NCBI GenBank assembly: GCA_030600655.1
Contig: JAUVLP010000002.1
Coordinates: 1 to 63,465, forward strand
DNA from: Candidatus Eiseniibacteriota bacterium
GTDB taxonomy: Bacteria; Joyebacterota; Joyebacteria; Joyebacterales; Joyebacteraceae
Length of the DNA stretch: 63,465 nucleotides
Direction: 5' to 3'
Part shown: piece by piece, positions 43,848 through 54,051 of the stretch
How the letters are laid out: each line of letters begins with the position of its first letter
Position numbering within the stretch: the stretch's first letter is position 1
The notes under the pieces: model-generated
The model's database searches: none
Seen by the model: only the letters and a program-made list of their open reading frames with translations
What the model was told of the DNA's origin: nothing
Position numbers and translations under genes: made by a program

Positions 43848-46800
43848 GTATTCTCCTGTCCGTCCACGTCTGCCGCAGGCAACGCTCTCCGTTTCAGCCG
43901 GGCCAACTCCTCCGCCACGTGGGGCGTGAGATCAGGCTGTCTGCCGCCGGAAACCTGGATCTTGCCGAAGCGCACACGGACGTCATCCACGATCGAGTAG
44001 AGAGCCGGAATCACGAAAAGTGTCAGAACCGTCGCGAAGGCCAGCCCCCACGCAATAGAGGAAGCCATCGGCCCCCAGCTCTCGGATGACCCGCCCCACC
44101 CCATCGCCAGAGGCAGGATTCCGAAGATAGTCGTGATCGAGGTTAAGAGGATTGGACGCAACCTCATGCACCCGGCCTTCACGATCGACTCCCACCGATC
44201 GACGCCTCTGAGACGAGAGTTCTTGATGAAATCCACCAGGACGATCGAATCGTTGACAACGACGCCGGCCAGTGCAACGACGGCGATCCCGGCAGTCAGC
44301 GTCAACGGGAAGCGCATGACCAGAAGGCCGATGACGACACCGATGAAGGCAAAGGGAACTGTGAACATGATGACAAGCGGCTGGATGAATGATTGGAACT
44401 CGGTGCCCAGAATCGCGTAGATGAGAAGGATCGCAACCAGGAACGCAAGGAACAGTGACGAGAATGACTCCTGCGTCGCCTGGAACTCGCCTCCGAAGTC
44501 CAGCCGATAGCCCGGATACACAACGGAGATATCAGAGAACTCTCGCTGCAGAAACCGGTTGACCTCGGTCGAAGTCGTGTTCGCCTCGACTCCGGCCGTG
44601 ACGGTGACGACCCGTTCCCCGTCTCGGCGGTGCAGCTCCGCCTGAGCTTCGTCGATCGTAAGCCGAGCGACATTGCTGAGCGGTATGGTCACTCCGGTGC
44701 TGGTCGCAACCGGGAGCCTTTTCAGGTCATCCATGTCAACCCGATCCTGCTCCCTGAGCCGGACAACCACATCGATCTCATCTCCGCCCCCACCTCTGTA
44801 CTTCGTCGCCTCCATGCCCTCGAAGCCGATCCTCAGCGCCAAGGCGACATCTGTGACCGTAAGCGCGTAGAGCGATGCGCGCTTCTGATCCACTGTGACC
44901 CTGAGTTCGGACTTCCCGGGCTTGGCATCGTCATCTATGTCAACGACACCGGGGAACTCCGCGAGCTTCACCCTGATCTGTCCTGCGATTGCTCTGAGGA
45001 TCTCGAGATCGTCGCCCTTGATACGGACCTCTACCGGCATGCCGGTAGGAGGACCGTGCACGGGTTTCGACAACGAGAGCCATGTGACGCCGGGAATTTC
45101 CACCATCTCTTCCCTGAGAGCATCCATGATCTCAGTGTCCGAACGTCGACGCGAGTCCGAGTCGACAAGGTCGATATTGATCTGCATGTTGTTGGACGCC
45201 AGCTCTCCCCGGTAGTTCACGATCATGAAACCGACCCGGGTGACAACTGCCTCAAGTTCGTCTGCAGGAAGCGAGGCGGCTATCGCCTCGATCTTTCTGG
45301 CGACTACGTCGGTATCTTCGAGCCGCATCCCCACCTTTGTCTGAGCTCTGACCTCGATCTGGTCGATGTCCTCATCCTCGAAGAGCCTGATATCGAGTGT
45401 GGTCACGAGACCGATGGAGATCGCAGCCAGCACGATGATGGCAAGAACGGCGAGGTATCGCCTGCGGAGCACGCGCCTCAGTGCCATCTCGTATCTCCGC
45501 GTGAGCGTCAGGAACAGCGGGTGGTACGTGTTCTGCTTGCGCGAGACGCGACTGAAGTCCGCCATGTGGGACGGCAGAATGAACAGAGCCTCGATCAATG
45601 AAACAAGAAGTGCGAATGTGACGGTCTTCGGGATCACCGCCATGAACTTGCCCCAGGTTCCGCTCATGAGCAGAAGCGGGAGGAACGCTGCGACCGTGGT
45701 CAGAACAGCGGCCGTGACCGGAGCCTGCACTTCCTGAACTCCGATTATGGCCGCTTCCCGGGGAGATTTCCCCATCTCCATGTGCCGGTAGATGTTCTCG
45801 ATCACGATAATGGCATCGTCCACAAGCATCCCCAGGACGAGCACCAGAGAGAAGAGCGAGAGTGTATTGATGGTCATGCCGACGGCATTCATGAGGATGA
45901 ATGCACCGAAGAAACTGAACGGAATGCCGATACACGCGAGGAAGGCGTTGCGGGCTCCTATAAATATGAAGAGTGTAAGAGCCACAAGCAATATGCCGAA
46001 TCCCGCGTTCCGCTTGAGGACCGCGAGGGAGTCCTCCACCACGGTCGACGCATCGTTCCTGATCTCGAAGCTCACATCCTCGGTGATTCTGGAATCGAAC
46101 TCCTTCACGAGATCCCGCGCCTCTGCTGCGACCTTGACTACGCTGCCGTCGTCCTCCTTCATTACCCACAACGTGACGCTCCGCTCGCCGTTGAGCCGCG
46201 CCAGCGTGAGGTTGTCGGCAAGAGTGTCTCGCACCGCGCCGAGATCGCGAATCCGTATCTGACGACCGTACGGATCAGAGAGCACAACATGGTTGGCGAT
46301 GTCCTCAAGCGACTCGAACTCCCCTATCGCGCGGATGATGTACTCGGAATCGCCTGCGTCAAGCGTCCCGCCGGGAACATTCAGGTTCCGGGCCGACAGC
46401 GAAGCAACAACACTGCCTATGGGCACGCCGTACGCCTTCAGTCGCGCGGCATCGAGTTCAACGCGTATCTCGCGCTCCCGCTCTCCAATGACATCGACAG
46501 CGGCGATGTACTTGAGATCCAGCAACTCCTCACGTAGATCCTCGGCGATCTCTCGAAGCTGGGTCTCGCTCCCCGGCCCACCCAGACTTATCGACATGAT
46601 GGGCGCGACTTCCCCCATCTTGATGGGAACGACGACGGGGTCCCAGATATCATCGGGCAATCGGGCATCGGTGGCGGATACCGCCGACCTGAGGTCGAGA
46701 ATCCTCTTGTCGAAGTCGTCATCCGACAGCCCCGGCTTGAATCTGACATCGATCACGCACCGGCTCTCGCTGGAGACGGAGATCACGTGCTCCACGTCCT

Positions 46801-47023
46801 CTACGTTCTCGATCTCCTCCTCAAGCGGTTTCGTGACAAGAGTCTCGATCTCCTCGGGCGCAACCCCGGGATAGGCGACCCAGACAACCGCCTCATCCAT
46901 GCTGACGTTCGGCATGAGTTCCGCAGGCATGCTGTAGAACGTAAAGAGCCCTACCAGGAGAACCCCCATCATCACGAGGTTCACCAACACGGGCTGCTTA
47001 ACGGAGAACTCCCCAATCGTCAT
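43844..47023 (-). CDS. RND-family efflux transporter (AcrB-like inner-membrane subunit)
   Basis: 1059 aa, 12-TM AcrB/AcrD/AcrF architecture. N-terminus FSVKQPVLVNLVMMGVLLVGLFTFYSMP. Confidence 0.92.
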   Translation of the reverse strand: MTIGEFSVKQPVLVNLVMMGVLLVGLFTFYSMPAELMPNVSMDEAVVWVAYPGVAPEEIETLVTKPLEEEIENVEDVEHVISVSSESRCVIDVRFKPGLSDDDFDKRILDLRSAVSATDARLPDDIWDPVVVPIKMGEVAPIMSISLGGPGSETQLREIAEDLREELLDLKYIAAVDVIGEREREIRVELDAARLKAYGVPIGSVVASLSARNLNVPGGTLDAGDSEYIIRAIGEFESLEDIANHVVLSDPYGRQIRIRDLGAVRDTLADNLTLARLNGERSVTLWVMKEDDGSVVKVAAEARDLVKEFDSRITEDVSFEIRNDASTVVEDSLAVLKRNAGFGILLVALTLFIFIGARNAFLACIGIPFSFFGAFILMNAVGMTINTLSLFSLVLVLGMLVDDAIIVIENIYRHMEMGKSPREAAIIGVQEVQAPVTAAVLTTVAAFLPLLLMSGTWGKFMAVIPKTVTFALLVSLIEALFILPSHMADFSRVSRKQNTYHPLFLTLTRRYEMALRRVLRRRYLAVLAIIVLAAISIGLVTTLDIRLFEDEDIDQIEVRAQTKVGMRLEDTDVVARKIEAIAASLPADELEAVVTRVGFMIVNYRGELASNNMQINIDLVDSDSRRRSDTEIMDALREEMVEIPGVTWLSLSKPVHGPPTGMPVEVRIKGDDLEILRAIAGQIRVKLAEFPGVVDIDDDAKPGKSELRVTVDQKRASLYALTVTDVALALRIGFEGMEATKYRGGGGDEIDVVVRLREQDRVDMDDLKRLPVATSTGVTIPLSNVARLTIDEAQAELHRRDGERVVTVTAGVEANTTSTEVNRFLQREFSDISVVYPGYRLDFGGEFQATQESFSSLFLAFLVAILLIYAILGTEFQSFIQPLVIMFTVPFAFIGVVIGLLVMRFPLTLTAGIAVVALAGVVVNDSIVLVDFIKNSRLRGVDRWESIVKAGCMRLRPILLTSITTIFGILPLAMGWGGSSESWGPMASSIAWGLAFATVLTLFVIPALYSIVDDVRVRFGKIQVSGGRQPDLTPHVAEELARLKRRALPAADVDGQENT

Positions 47024-47044
47024 CTCAAGTTTCCCCCGACCAAA

Positions 47045-48124
47045 CTATTGCTCTGTCTTGATCCCGATGCGTGCGCCATCGCTCAGCTGGCTCAGTCCCA
47101 TCGTGACGAGCTTATCCCCAGACTCCAGTCCGGCAAGCACGACCACCCGGGCACCCACGATGCGCCCCAGTGAGATCTTTCTCTGAATTGCGACTGAATC
47201 CACAGCCACGAAGACGATCGGTTCGCCGTACCGGTCGAGCACCCAATCACGCTCGATCACAATGACATCGCGCAGAACGTGAGCCGCCACGCCGACATCC
47301 GCGACCATACCGGCGCGGAGAGCGCCATCTCGATTCCTGATGGTGATTCTTACGGGGTAGGTCTTCGTGAGGTCGTCGGCTCGAGGCCCCACGTATTCTA
47401 CCCTGCCTTTGAAAACCTCGCCGGGCAGCGGCCGGACCTCGATCTCTGCTCGGGCTCCCGGCTTCACACTCACCACGTCCTCTTCACCGATTCCCAGGTC
47501 CACCTCGAGCCGGGCATCATTGATAACGTGGACGACCGGGGTACCCGGCGCCACCAGTTGCCCTTCTCCTACGTGAACGAACGCAACCGTTCCCGCAATC
47601 GGTGAGGTCACAAGCGCATCCTTCAGCTGTCTGGAGGAACCAGCCAGAGCTGCTTCCGCGGTCATGTGAATGCCGCGCGCCGCTATTGCCCTCGTCTCCG
47701 CCGTCTCGTAGTCCGTATCCGAGATGTCCCCGCTCTTCCAGAGATGGCTCGCGCGCTTGAGTCCCGCCTCGGCATCCCTGAGATCAGCCTCGGCCATCAA
47801 GAGCTGGGCCTCAGCCTGCTTCACCGCCAGTGCCAACAGCTCATCATCGAGTACGACAAGCACGTCACCCACCTTCACATCGTCACCTACAACAACAGGA
47901 ACGGCAACCACACGTCCACCCGCCTCAGCAGCTATTAGAATGTCATCGCACGCCGCGATCGTTCCGGTACCGCGCACGAACGCTGTGATGCTCTCGCGCT
48001 CGACCGCCGCCACCTCTACGGGAATCGAAGCCTGGCGCCGAAGACCGTCTGAATCTTCGCCCGGGCGACCGCACCCGGCTATCACCAGTGCGATCATGGG
48101 AACAACTACAAAGAGTCCTCTCAT
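47045..48124 (-). CDS. RND efflux periplasmic adaptor (membrane fusion lipoprotein)
   Basis: Lipobox VIAGCG, plus lipoyl/hairpin/beta-barrel pattern. The ATG overlaps the OMF stop (ATGA). Confidence 0.9.
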   Translation of the reverse strand: MRGLFVVVPMIALVIAGCGRPGEDSDGLRRQASIPVEVAAVERESITAFVRGTGTIAACDDILIAAEAGGRVVAVPVVVGDDVKVGDVLVVLDDELLALAVKQAEAQLLMAEADLRDAEAGLKRASHLWKSGDISDTDYETAETRAIAARGIHMTAEAALAGSSRQLKDALVTSPIAGTVAFVHVGEGQLVAPGTPVVHVINDARLEVDLGIGEEDVVSVKPGARAEIEVRPLPGEVFKGRVEYVGPRADDLTKTYPVRITIRNRDGALRAGMVADVGVAAHVLRDVIVIERDWVLDRYGEPIVFVAVDSVAIQRKISLGRIVGARVVVLAGLESGDKLVTMGLSQLSDGARIGIKTEQ

Positions 48125-49503
48125 TGTTTTCTCTCCACTGCGGGCGATTTGCCCACGAGCTGCTCCAGCTCCGCCAGCCCAATGAAGCAGTCGTAAAGCG
48201 CGTTGATGTACCCGATCCTGCTCCTGTCGTATGCGATGCGGGCATCGATCAGATCGTTGTCGGAGATCATCCCCTGACCGAACATGTTCTCCATACTGCC
48301 GAAATGCTCATCCGATTGCGCAACGAATCGTTCCGCTGCATCAAGAGCTCTGAGCCTCGATTTGAGTGTTGCCACGGCTGCCTGGAGACCGACAACCATC
48401 TGGCGCTCGGCGTCTTCTTTCATTCTGACGGCTGCAAGATGGGAGCGCCGGCTCATCTGGTAGTCGGAGAGATTCTTGAAGCTCGTGAAGACCGGAACCT
48501 CCAGGAATGCCGTGACCGACCAAGCTACTTCGTTGTCCGGCTTGATATCACCGTCGGCCTTCCAACCGTAGGAGCCCTGCAGATTCAGCGACGGCAGAAA
48601 CGCGCCGCGCGCGATCGTCACCGCGTGGGCTTCGATTCCAGCTGCGTCTCCCGGAGCAAGGAAATCCGGATTGGACGCCAGGAGCCTCCGCGCCTCGACT
48701 TCGCTCAACAGACCGTCCCCCACAAGACCAACAACCCTCCCGATACGCGCCTTGAGTTCGGGTCTTGAGACATCCTGCGGCTCAAGGTCGGCATCGAGCG
48801 GCAGCCCGAGAACGTTGGCAAACTGCAGACGAGCCAGCACGACCGAGTTCTCAGCATCGACGAGAAGCATCCTGTCTTCGGCGAGCTGGGCCTCCCAGCG
48901 GAGCAGTTCGGACCTGCCTGAAACACCTACCTCGACTCTCCGCGCGGCCTCTTTGGCTCGTTTTTCCGAAGCGTACATGGCATCGCACGCAACTCCAAGG
49001 AGCGCCTGCGCTCGGAGCACACCCAGATGGGCTTCCTTTGCTGCAACCTCGATCGCGCGTGCCACAGACTCAAGTGAATGGAAGGAAGCATCCCGGGCAG
49101 CACCCGCGAGTCCGACACCTCCCCACAACCTTCCGCCATTGAAGACCGGGACCGTCGCACTGAAACCCGTTTCGTAGGTCGTCTCGTACAGGAACGGCTC
49201 GACTTCGATCCCCATCTCTTCCAGAAAACCGAGTGATGCGTTAGCGCGATCGTAGGTATCCGGATCAACGCGGAGCATCGAAGAACTGAATTTGACTGAG
49301 GGAAAGAGAGACGCCCGAGCGCTCCTCACTCCCCAGAGAGATGCCTGGTAGTTCTCAGAGGCCGCCCTGACAGCGAGGTTGCTCTGCAGGGCCAGTTCCA
49401 CCGACTGCTGCATCGTAATAGGTTCGGCCTCAGCACGGCACTGCGGCAGGACGAGCACGAGCGCGAACGCGATCGCACGAACCAGCCACTGCGGCGTGAT
49501 CAT
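48121..49503 (-). CDS. TolC-like outer membrane efflux protein
   Basis: The ATG at 49503 gives the signal peptide MITPQWLVRAIAFALVLVLPQCRAEA and two OEP repeats. The track start at 49740 runs into suhB. Confidence 0.88.
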   Translation of the reverse strand: MITPQWLVRAIAFALVLVLPQCRAEAEPITMQQSVELALQSNLAVRAASENYQASLWGVRSARASLFPSVKFSSSMLRVDPDTYDRANASLGFLEEMGIEVEPFLYETTYETGFSATVPVFNGGRLWGGVGLAGAARDASFHSLESVARAIEVAAKEAHLGVLRAQALLGVACDAMYASEKRAKEAARRVEVGVSGRSELLRWEAQLAEDRMLLVDAENSVVLARLQFANVLGLPLDADLEPQDVSRPELKARIGRVVGLVGDGLLSEVEARRLLASNPDFLAPGDAAGIEAHAVTIARGAFLPSLNLQGSYGWKADGDIKPDNEVAWSVTAFLEVPVFTSFKNLSDYQMSRRSHLAAVRMKEDAERQMVVGLQAAVATLKSRLRALDAAERFVAQSDEHFGSMENMFGQGMISDNDLIDARIAYDRSRIGYINALYDCFIGLAELEQLVGKSPAVERKQ

Positions 49504-49535
49504 CCGTATGTCCCCCTGGAAGTACGCTCCGCTGT

Positions 49536-50351
49536 TCAAGGCTGTCCTCCTGCATCTACCAGATCCGTCATCTGAGCGTGTATGAACCCGTTGTCGGCAA
49601 CAATGTTCCCGATCGCGTGATCCCATCCGTCGCCGGAGAAATTCGTTACGGTCCCGCCTGCCTCTTTCACGATCAGCCCACCTGCCGACACGTCCCAGAT
49701 CTTCAGATTCAGCTCCCAGAATCCATCGAGGCGACCGCACGCAACGTAGACAAGATCAAGTTCGGCAGAACCTCCCCGCCTGATCCCTCTTACAGACAAG
49801 ATGAACCTGTTCAGATTCGCAAGATTGTTCTCGTTATGCTCCGTGCGATCGTACGGGAATCCGGTAGCCACGATTGAGTCGCCCAGCGACGCAGTGTCAG
49901 AAACGTGGATCGGCTCTCCGTTGAGTCGTGCTCCTTGCCCTCGCTCCGCATCAAACAGCTCGTCCCTCAGCGGATCGTACACGACTCCAGCAACGAGTTC
50001 TCCACCCTCTTCGATCGCGATCGCGACGCAGAAGAACGGGTAGCCACGTGCGTAGTTGTTCGTGCCGTCAAGTGGATCGATGATCCAGGCCCGCCCGACT
50101 CTCTCCCCTGTTCCTTCACCCGAAGCGACAGGCGCCGTCTCCTCGGCCACGATCCTGTCTCCGGGATAACGGTCTCGGATCATGTTGATAATGAGCGCTT
50201 CGGACTCGCGATCGATCGATGTGACAAGATCGCGTCTTCCCTTCATGTCGATGTCGAACGGCCTGGAGATCCCGTTTCTGATGATCTCTCCGGCCGCCCG
50301 CGCGGCCTTCACGGCGAGAAGAACAGCCTCGCTTGCACTCACATCCGTCAC
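49536..50351 (-). CDS. suhB: Inositol monophosphatase family protein (SuhB-like)
   Basis: IVAEE and WIIDPLDGTNNY motifs. GTG at 50351 lies 9 nt after GAGGAGG and gives a typical ~270-aa length. The track ATG at 50423 has no SD. Confidence 0.88.
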   Translation of the reverse strand: MTDVSASEAVLLAVKAARAAGEIIRNGISRPFDIDMKGRRDLVTSIDRESEALIINMIRDRYPGDRIVAEETAPVASGEGTGERVGRAWIIDPLDGTNNYARGYPFFCVAIAIEEGGELVAGVVYDPLRDELFDAERGQGARLNGEPIHVSDTASLGDSIVATGFPYDRTEHNENNLANLNRFILSVRGIRRGGSAELDLVYVACGRLDGFWELNLKIWDVSAGGLIVKEAGGTVTNFSGDGWDHAIGNIVADNGFIHAQMTDLVDAGGQP

Positions 50352-50595
50352 GTCGCGTGCCCTCCTCGGATCACCACCGCTGCAGGTCGCCGCTACCGCA
50401 TGAGAACTGCCTGCATATGACATGCGCCGAATCGGGGCTACCCAACCCGGCAGCGCGGCACTTCACTCCTTAACACACACCAGTATCTAACCACACGCGC
50501 CCGCAGCAATCAACGGTGAATGAGCCGCTTTCAGCACCGAAACCGGCATCACCTGCGCGAATCGCAACCTAGACTTCCGATCGCTCCCCCCCATC

Positions 50596-50625
50596 TTGAC
50601 CGCAGGCAACGACACAGGCTATAGT
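50596..50625 (+). promoter_or_regulatory. Sigma70-type promoter of the M16 peptidase gene
   Basis: TTGACC (50596-50601), 18-nt spacer, TATAGT (50620-50625), giving a ~135-nt leader. Confidence 0.45.
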
Positions 50626-50765
50626 TGTGTCCAAGCTCATGAGTCGTCAAGCGAACCACCGTGCCGGTGCGCGCAAGCCACTCGCACCGCCGGCGGTTTC
50701 TCGCACCTATCGGGTCCGAACACAGGAGCCGGAGGACCCAAAACACCTGCAAAAGGGAGTGCTGA

Positions 50766-53366
50766 ATGAAGTCCTCGATGAAAACCCTGGCGGTTGTCAC
50801 CGCCGCCCTTCTTCTGATCACGGTCGCGGCCGGGGCCGGTGAAACGATCAGGCGAGTACTCCCGGAGAACGGCATGACGGTCATCCTCCAGGAGAATCAC
50901 TCGTCACCGGTCATCAACATGAGGTTTTACGTGAAGGCCGGGAGCATCTACGAGGCCGAGTACCTTGGGGCCGGCATCTCCCACTACTGCGAGCATATCC
51001 TGAGCGACGGCACTACAACCCGCACGCTCGAGGAGATCGAAAGAGAGATCGAAGCAATCGGAGGCGGGTACAACGCCTACACCACCAAAGACCACACCTG
51101 CTACTTCATCGAGACATCGAGCGAGCACTTCGACGAGGCCCTCGGTCTTCTCTCCGACCAGGCCATGAATGCCTCCCTGCCGCAGGAGCAGGTGGACGCG
51201 CAGCACGGCGTCATCACGCGCGAGATCAACATGGGGTACGATGAGCCCGGTCGAAGGATCTACGCGCTCTTCGGTGAGACGATGTTCTCGCGGCATGCCG
51301 CCAGACAGCCGGTGATCGGATACATAGAGAACTTCCTCAGGCTGACAAGGGACGACCTTGTAACCTACATAGACAGGATGTACGTTCCGAACAACATGGT
51401 CTTCGTCGTTGTGGGTGATTTCGTTGCCGAAGAGGCCTACGCGAAGATTCGTGAAGCATTCATCGAGTTCGAGCGACGCCCCCTGGAAATCCCCACACTG
51501 ACCTCTGAACCGCCGCAGCTTGGACGCCGCGTTCTCAGGCAGGACCGCGACCTGGACATGGCGTATGTCATGATGGGCTTCCATACTGTCGCACTGTCGG
51601 ACCCCGATCTTTACCCACTGGATGTTCTCTCATACATCATGTCCGCAGGTGAGAGCTCCAGACTTCACAGAAAGCTCGTGGAAGAGCTTGGTCTCGCCTA
51701 CAACGTTACGAGTTGGTCCTCCACTCCATCGTACGGGGCCGGCACGTTCGTCGTTTCGATGACTATGGATCCAGCGGACATCGATGCAGCCGTGGACGCG
51801 GTGCTCGAGGAGCTCTACCTGGTCACGGAGAAGAAGGTCTCGAAGTCAGAACTCGCCAAAGCCAAGAAGCTCAAGGCCGCTGAGTTCTATCTCAGACGGC
51901 AGGACATGGAGAGCATCGCATCGAGTCTCGGCACTTCCGAGCTCTCGACGGGCAATCCTGATTTCGACGCGCTCTATGTCTCCCACATACAGGACGTGAC
52001 CGCTGAGGAGATACGCGACGCTGCAGCAAGGTACTTCTATGACGACAACCTCGGCATAGCCATTCTCGAGCCCACCGTGGAGAAGGAGACCGTTACGCAG
52101 GCCGGGTCGGTCGAAATCGAGGTCGGCAGAATAGAAAGGCATGTTCTGGACAACGGCCTCACAGTTCTCATCAAAGAGAACCACACCAATCCTATAGTGA
52201 CGGTTGGCAGCTACTCACTCGGAGGCACTCGTTTCGAGAGCGCCGACAAGAGCGGACTAGGCAATTTCGTAGCGGGGATGATGCCCCGCGGCACGAAGAA
52301 GAGAAGTGGTTCCCGGATCGCGGAGGCATTCGATTCCATGGGCGCCGCGCACTACTGCTCCGGCAACCATACACGGATCCAGTCGGAGCTGACTCTGCTC
52401 TCCGCAGATCTCTCAGACGGACTTGATATCTTCGCGGACATCCTGATCAACCCGAAGTTCGATCCCGAGCAGATTGAAAAGGAGCGTGAGCACCTTCAGG
52501 CTGAGATTCTCGCCCGCCGAGACAACTGGACGTACGACGCGCTCGACAGAATGCGGCTGGAGCTTCTGGGAGATCATCCCTACGCGATGTCGCCCTTCGG
52601 AACGGAAGAGACAATAGCCGCCATCACGCGCGACGACGTTGTTCGCCACCACGCCATGTACGTGGCCCCGGACAACACCGTTCTCACGATCTTCGGGAAC
52701 GTGGATGCGACCGAGGCACTCGCTATGGTCAAGAAGGCATTCCGCAAGTGGGAGCCGTCGGGCCTGATGCTGCCTGAACCTGTGCCCGTTCCGGAGAGAA
52801 CGGAACCACAGACATTTACGAGCTATCACAGCAAGGCTCAGACCGTGATCGCCATGGGCTACGGTGGGATGCCCTACGAATCGGAAGACCGTTTCGCGAC
52901 TGACGTTCTCGACGCCGTTATCTCAGGCATCTACTACCCCGGTGGCTGGTTGCACACCGACCTGCGCGGTCATGGTCTCGTCTATGTTGTGCATGCTTAC
53001 AACTGGACAGGGCACGACATCGGCTACTTTGCGATCTACGCAGCCACGTTCGACAAGGCCCTCGATCAGGCAATGGAGATCATCAATGGACACATGACGC
53101 GGATCACGGAGGAACTCGTGACCGACGAAGAGCTCCAGTTGGCCAAGCAACTCTGTGTCATCATGAACGAAACATCGAACCAGACCAACTCCAACCAGGC
53201 GACCGATGCTGCGATCGCAGAGCTCTACGGCCTTGGGTTTGACTACACGGAAGGCTACGGCGAGAGGATTCGCGAAGTGACTCAAGAAGACGTTCTCAGA
53301 GTCGCAAAGAAGTACCTGCAGAACCCGGTCACGGTTCTCAGGCGACCGGAGCCGGAAGAGAACTAG
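50766..53366 (+). CDS. Secreted double-unit M16 (pitrilysin/PqqL-like) zinc peptidase
   Basis: 866 aa with a signal peptide. Inverted zinc motif HYCEH in the first half. The second half is an M16 repeat without the motif. Confidence 0.9.
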   Translation: MKSSMKTLAVVTAALLLITVAAGAGETIRRVLPENGMTVILQENHSSPVINMRFYVKAGSIYEAEYLGAGISHYCEHILSDGTTTRTLEEIEREIEAIGGGYNAYTTKDHTCYFIETSSEHFDEALGLLSDQAMNASLPQEQVDAQHGVITREINMGYDEPGRRIYALFGETMFSRHAARQPVIGYIENFLRLTRDDLVTYIDRMYVPNNMVFVVVGDFVAEEAYAKIREAFIEFERRPLEIPTLTSEPPQLGRRVLRQDRDLDMAYVMMGFHTVALSDPDLYPLDVLSYIMSAGESSRLHRKLVEELGLAYNVTSWSSTPSYGAGTFVVSMTMDPADIDAAVDAVLEELYLVTEKKVSKSELAKAKKLKAAEFYLRRQDMESIASSLGTSELSTGNPDFDALYVSHIQDVTAEEIRDAAARYFYDDNLGIAILEPTVEKETVTQAGSVEIEVGRIERHVLDNGLTVLIKENHTNPIVTVGSYSLGGTRFESADKSGLGNFVAGMMPRGTKKRSGSRIAEAFDSMGAAHYCSGNHTRIQSELTLLSADLSDGLDIFADILINPKFDPEQIEKEREHLQAEILARRDNWTYDALDRMRLELLGDHPYAMSPFGTEETIAAITRDDVVRHHAMYVAPDNTVLTIFGNVDATEALAMVKKAFRKWEPSGLMLPEPVPVPERTEPQTFTSYHSKAQTVIAMGYGGMPYESEDRFATDVLDAVISGIYYPGGWLHTDLRGHGLVYVVHAYNWTGHDIGYFAIYAATFDKALDQAMEIINGHMTRITEELVTDEELQLAKQLCVIMNETSNQTNSNQATDAAIAELYGLGFDYTEGYGERIREVTQEDVLRVAKKYLQNPVTVLRRPEPEEN

Positions 53367-53466
53367 CCGGAGCCGGATGAAATCGGAGTGTCATTCGGTC
53401 TGGAAAGGCTGAGTGAACTTGATCAGGCAGAATTGAATGTGAGCCGGCGTGGGGCCAACTGGAGTC

Positions 53467-54051
53467 TCAGGAGCCTCTCGCCGGCTCGAATGTTTTTCCT
53501 CTCCCCCATCGACGTCGCGCGGCGACAACAACCCAGATGGCAGTTCGCCCACAAATCACGCCCAAGACAGCCCCGGCCAGGACATCCAGCGGGTAGTGCA
53601 CACCGACGTAGACCCTCGAGTAAGCTACGAGGACTGCAAAGGCAAAGAAGAGGATCGCCAGACGCGGCCAGCGCCACACGAAGACCATCGCCATCGCGAA
53701 CGAGTTGGTTGCGTGGGAGGATGGAAAGGAGAACGCTCCGGATTTCCTGACAAGAAGTCGGATCTCGTTCGAAGGAAGAGCGTTGCAGGGTCGCACCCTC
53801 CCAACGAGCGGCTTGAGCACGGCGCTGGACAGCTGGTCCGAAAGCGCGACCGCGATGACGAGCATGATGGCCGCCATCCTGCCGCGCCGCCCACCCCAGA
53901 TCAGAAGCGCGATCCACACTCCTCCGAGCAAGGGGTACCAATTCTCTTGCCGGGTGATGGCGGGCATGATCGCATCGAGCACGGGACAGTATGCAATCCC
54001 ATTCAGGAACGTGAAGAGACTGTGATCGATGGCAACCAGTTGATCTATCAT
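53467..54051 (-). CDS. PAP2-family lipid phosphatase
   Basis: KPLVGRVRP, PSSHA and SRVYVGVHYPLD are the three PAP2 motifs. The ATG overlaps the stop of the upstream GT-C gene (ATGA). Confidence 0.88.
   Translation of the reverse strand: MIDQLVAIDHSLFTFLNGIAYCPVLDAIMPAITRQENWYPLLGGVWIALLIWGGRRGRMAAIMLVIAVALSDQLSSAVLKPLVGRVRPCNALPSNEIRLLVRKSGAFSFPSSHATNSFAMAMVFVWRWPRLAILFFAFAVLVAYSRVYVGVHYPLDVLAGAVLGVICGRTAIWVVVAARRRWGRGKTFEPARGS

Noticed and set aside
50627-50842. 71-aa ORF in the M16 leader as a possible precursor or leader peptide. More broadly, a RiPP-like reading of radical SAM + TPR + M16 peptidase
   Set aside because: The ORF has no SD and runs out of frame into the M16 gene. The rSAM and M16 genes are 37 kb apart, the rSAM has no visible SPASM domain, and there is no plausible precursor gene.
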